From: Callorhinchus milii
Lineage: Eukaryota
NCBI RefSeq assembly: GCF_018977255.1
Contig: NW_024704742.1
Location: 23,500,001 to 23,564,000, forward strand
Reading direction: 5' to 3'
DNA: 64,000 nt
Shown: positions 63,401 to 64,000 of the stretch, piece by piece
How the letters are laid out: the number at the start of each line of letters is the position of its first letter
How positions within the stretch are numbered: the first letter of the stretch is position 1
The notes under the pieces: model-generated
Database searches by the model: none
The model's input: the letters and a program-made list of their open reading frames with translations, nothing else
Told to the model about the DNA's origin: nothing
Program-made: the position numbers and the translations under genes

Positions 63401-64000
63401 CATTTTCATTAACTACATTCAACATTTAAAAGCTTCACATGCTCAATAAGTGAGTGCTTTTGAAAATTAAAACTAATCATTTTCATAAGGTAGCGTTACG
63501 CTTGATAAAATTCCAATACATGAGTGGGATAGACGGTCTATCCCTTCTAAAACAATGTTGACGACTCACTCCTCGCAACTTCAGGTGAGCATTCCCCCCC
63601 CACCCTCCACTAACAATGTAACATAATCCTTCTATTTGGGTTGAATTCCTTTTCTAATGTCAGGTTCATATTTAGAACAACACTTTACACCAGGTTAAGA
63701 TATTTTTATTCCCTCAAACTCCATAGGTTTCAACCTTTGGTTTTAATAGTTGGGAATAAAGGAAGCATCAACTGTTGTTGCATAGAATATAACTCAGGAC
63801 TCTTAGTTTATTTGGACATCCTCCCGACATGAAAGGCGCTATACAAATGTTATTTTGTATTTTCAAACTACAATTGCGTTATTGTCTAAAAATCAAGTTT
63901 TCAAAAGTTGGCAGAAGGAATCTCAAACTTCTGTTGTGTAAAACCAGCAACATATAGCTTGAGAGATTTATCTCGATAAAGTGCAGGCTCCTGGCCAAAA

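Noticed and set aside
242..63832. The many 60-200 aa ORFs in the track
   Set aside because: They are LINE/SINE-derived frames (e.g. recurring KRYIKCKDYYY is the SINE tail) or random ORFs without splice or homology support.
1..64000. MAB21L2 coding sequence or further LRBA exons
   Set aside because: No Mab21-like ORF is in the track. I did not find the neighbouring exons (...VVELVMLLCSQ upstream; ...FWRLDYWEDDLRRRRRF downstream) by eye, so they are presumably outside the window.

Overview
Eukaryotic, repeat-rich, mostly intronic DNA. The repeat set (SacSINE1-like Deu-SINEs, L2 and CR1 LINEs) suggests a cartilaginous fish; this is an inference. The whole window lies inside the LRBA gene (BEACH-domain protein, - strand). 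Three consecutive coding exons are present: 55298-55362 (65 nt), 45934-46042 (109 nt) and 23266-23432 (167 nt), all with canonical GT-AG sites and matching phases. They encode [113 protein letters not shown]. The introns hold a near full-length decayed CR1 (esterase-type ORF1 plus EN/RT ORF2), many 5'-truncated L2 copies and three SINE types (Deu-domain; tRNA head + Meta-like domain; AmnSINE2-like). Notable oddities: a 52-nt U2 snRNA 5' fragment; a SINE head with five tandem A-box units; nested insertions that order the families in time; an open 429-codon L2 RT frame; a purine-rich decayed coding-like relic; a phase-symmetric exon pair bracketed by inverted young SINEs; and several repeat-free candidate enhancers (LRBA hosts MAB21L2 in vertebrates, but MAB21L2 is not in this window). 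No prokaryote-type system (CRISPR, operon) is present. Repeat boundaries are by eye and approximate; exon boundaries are exact.
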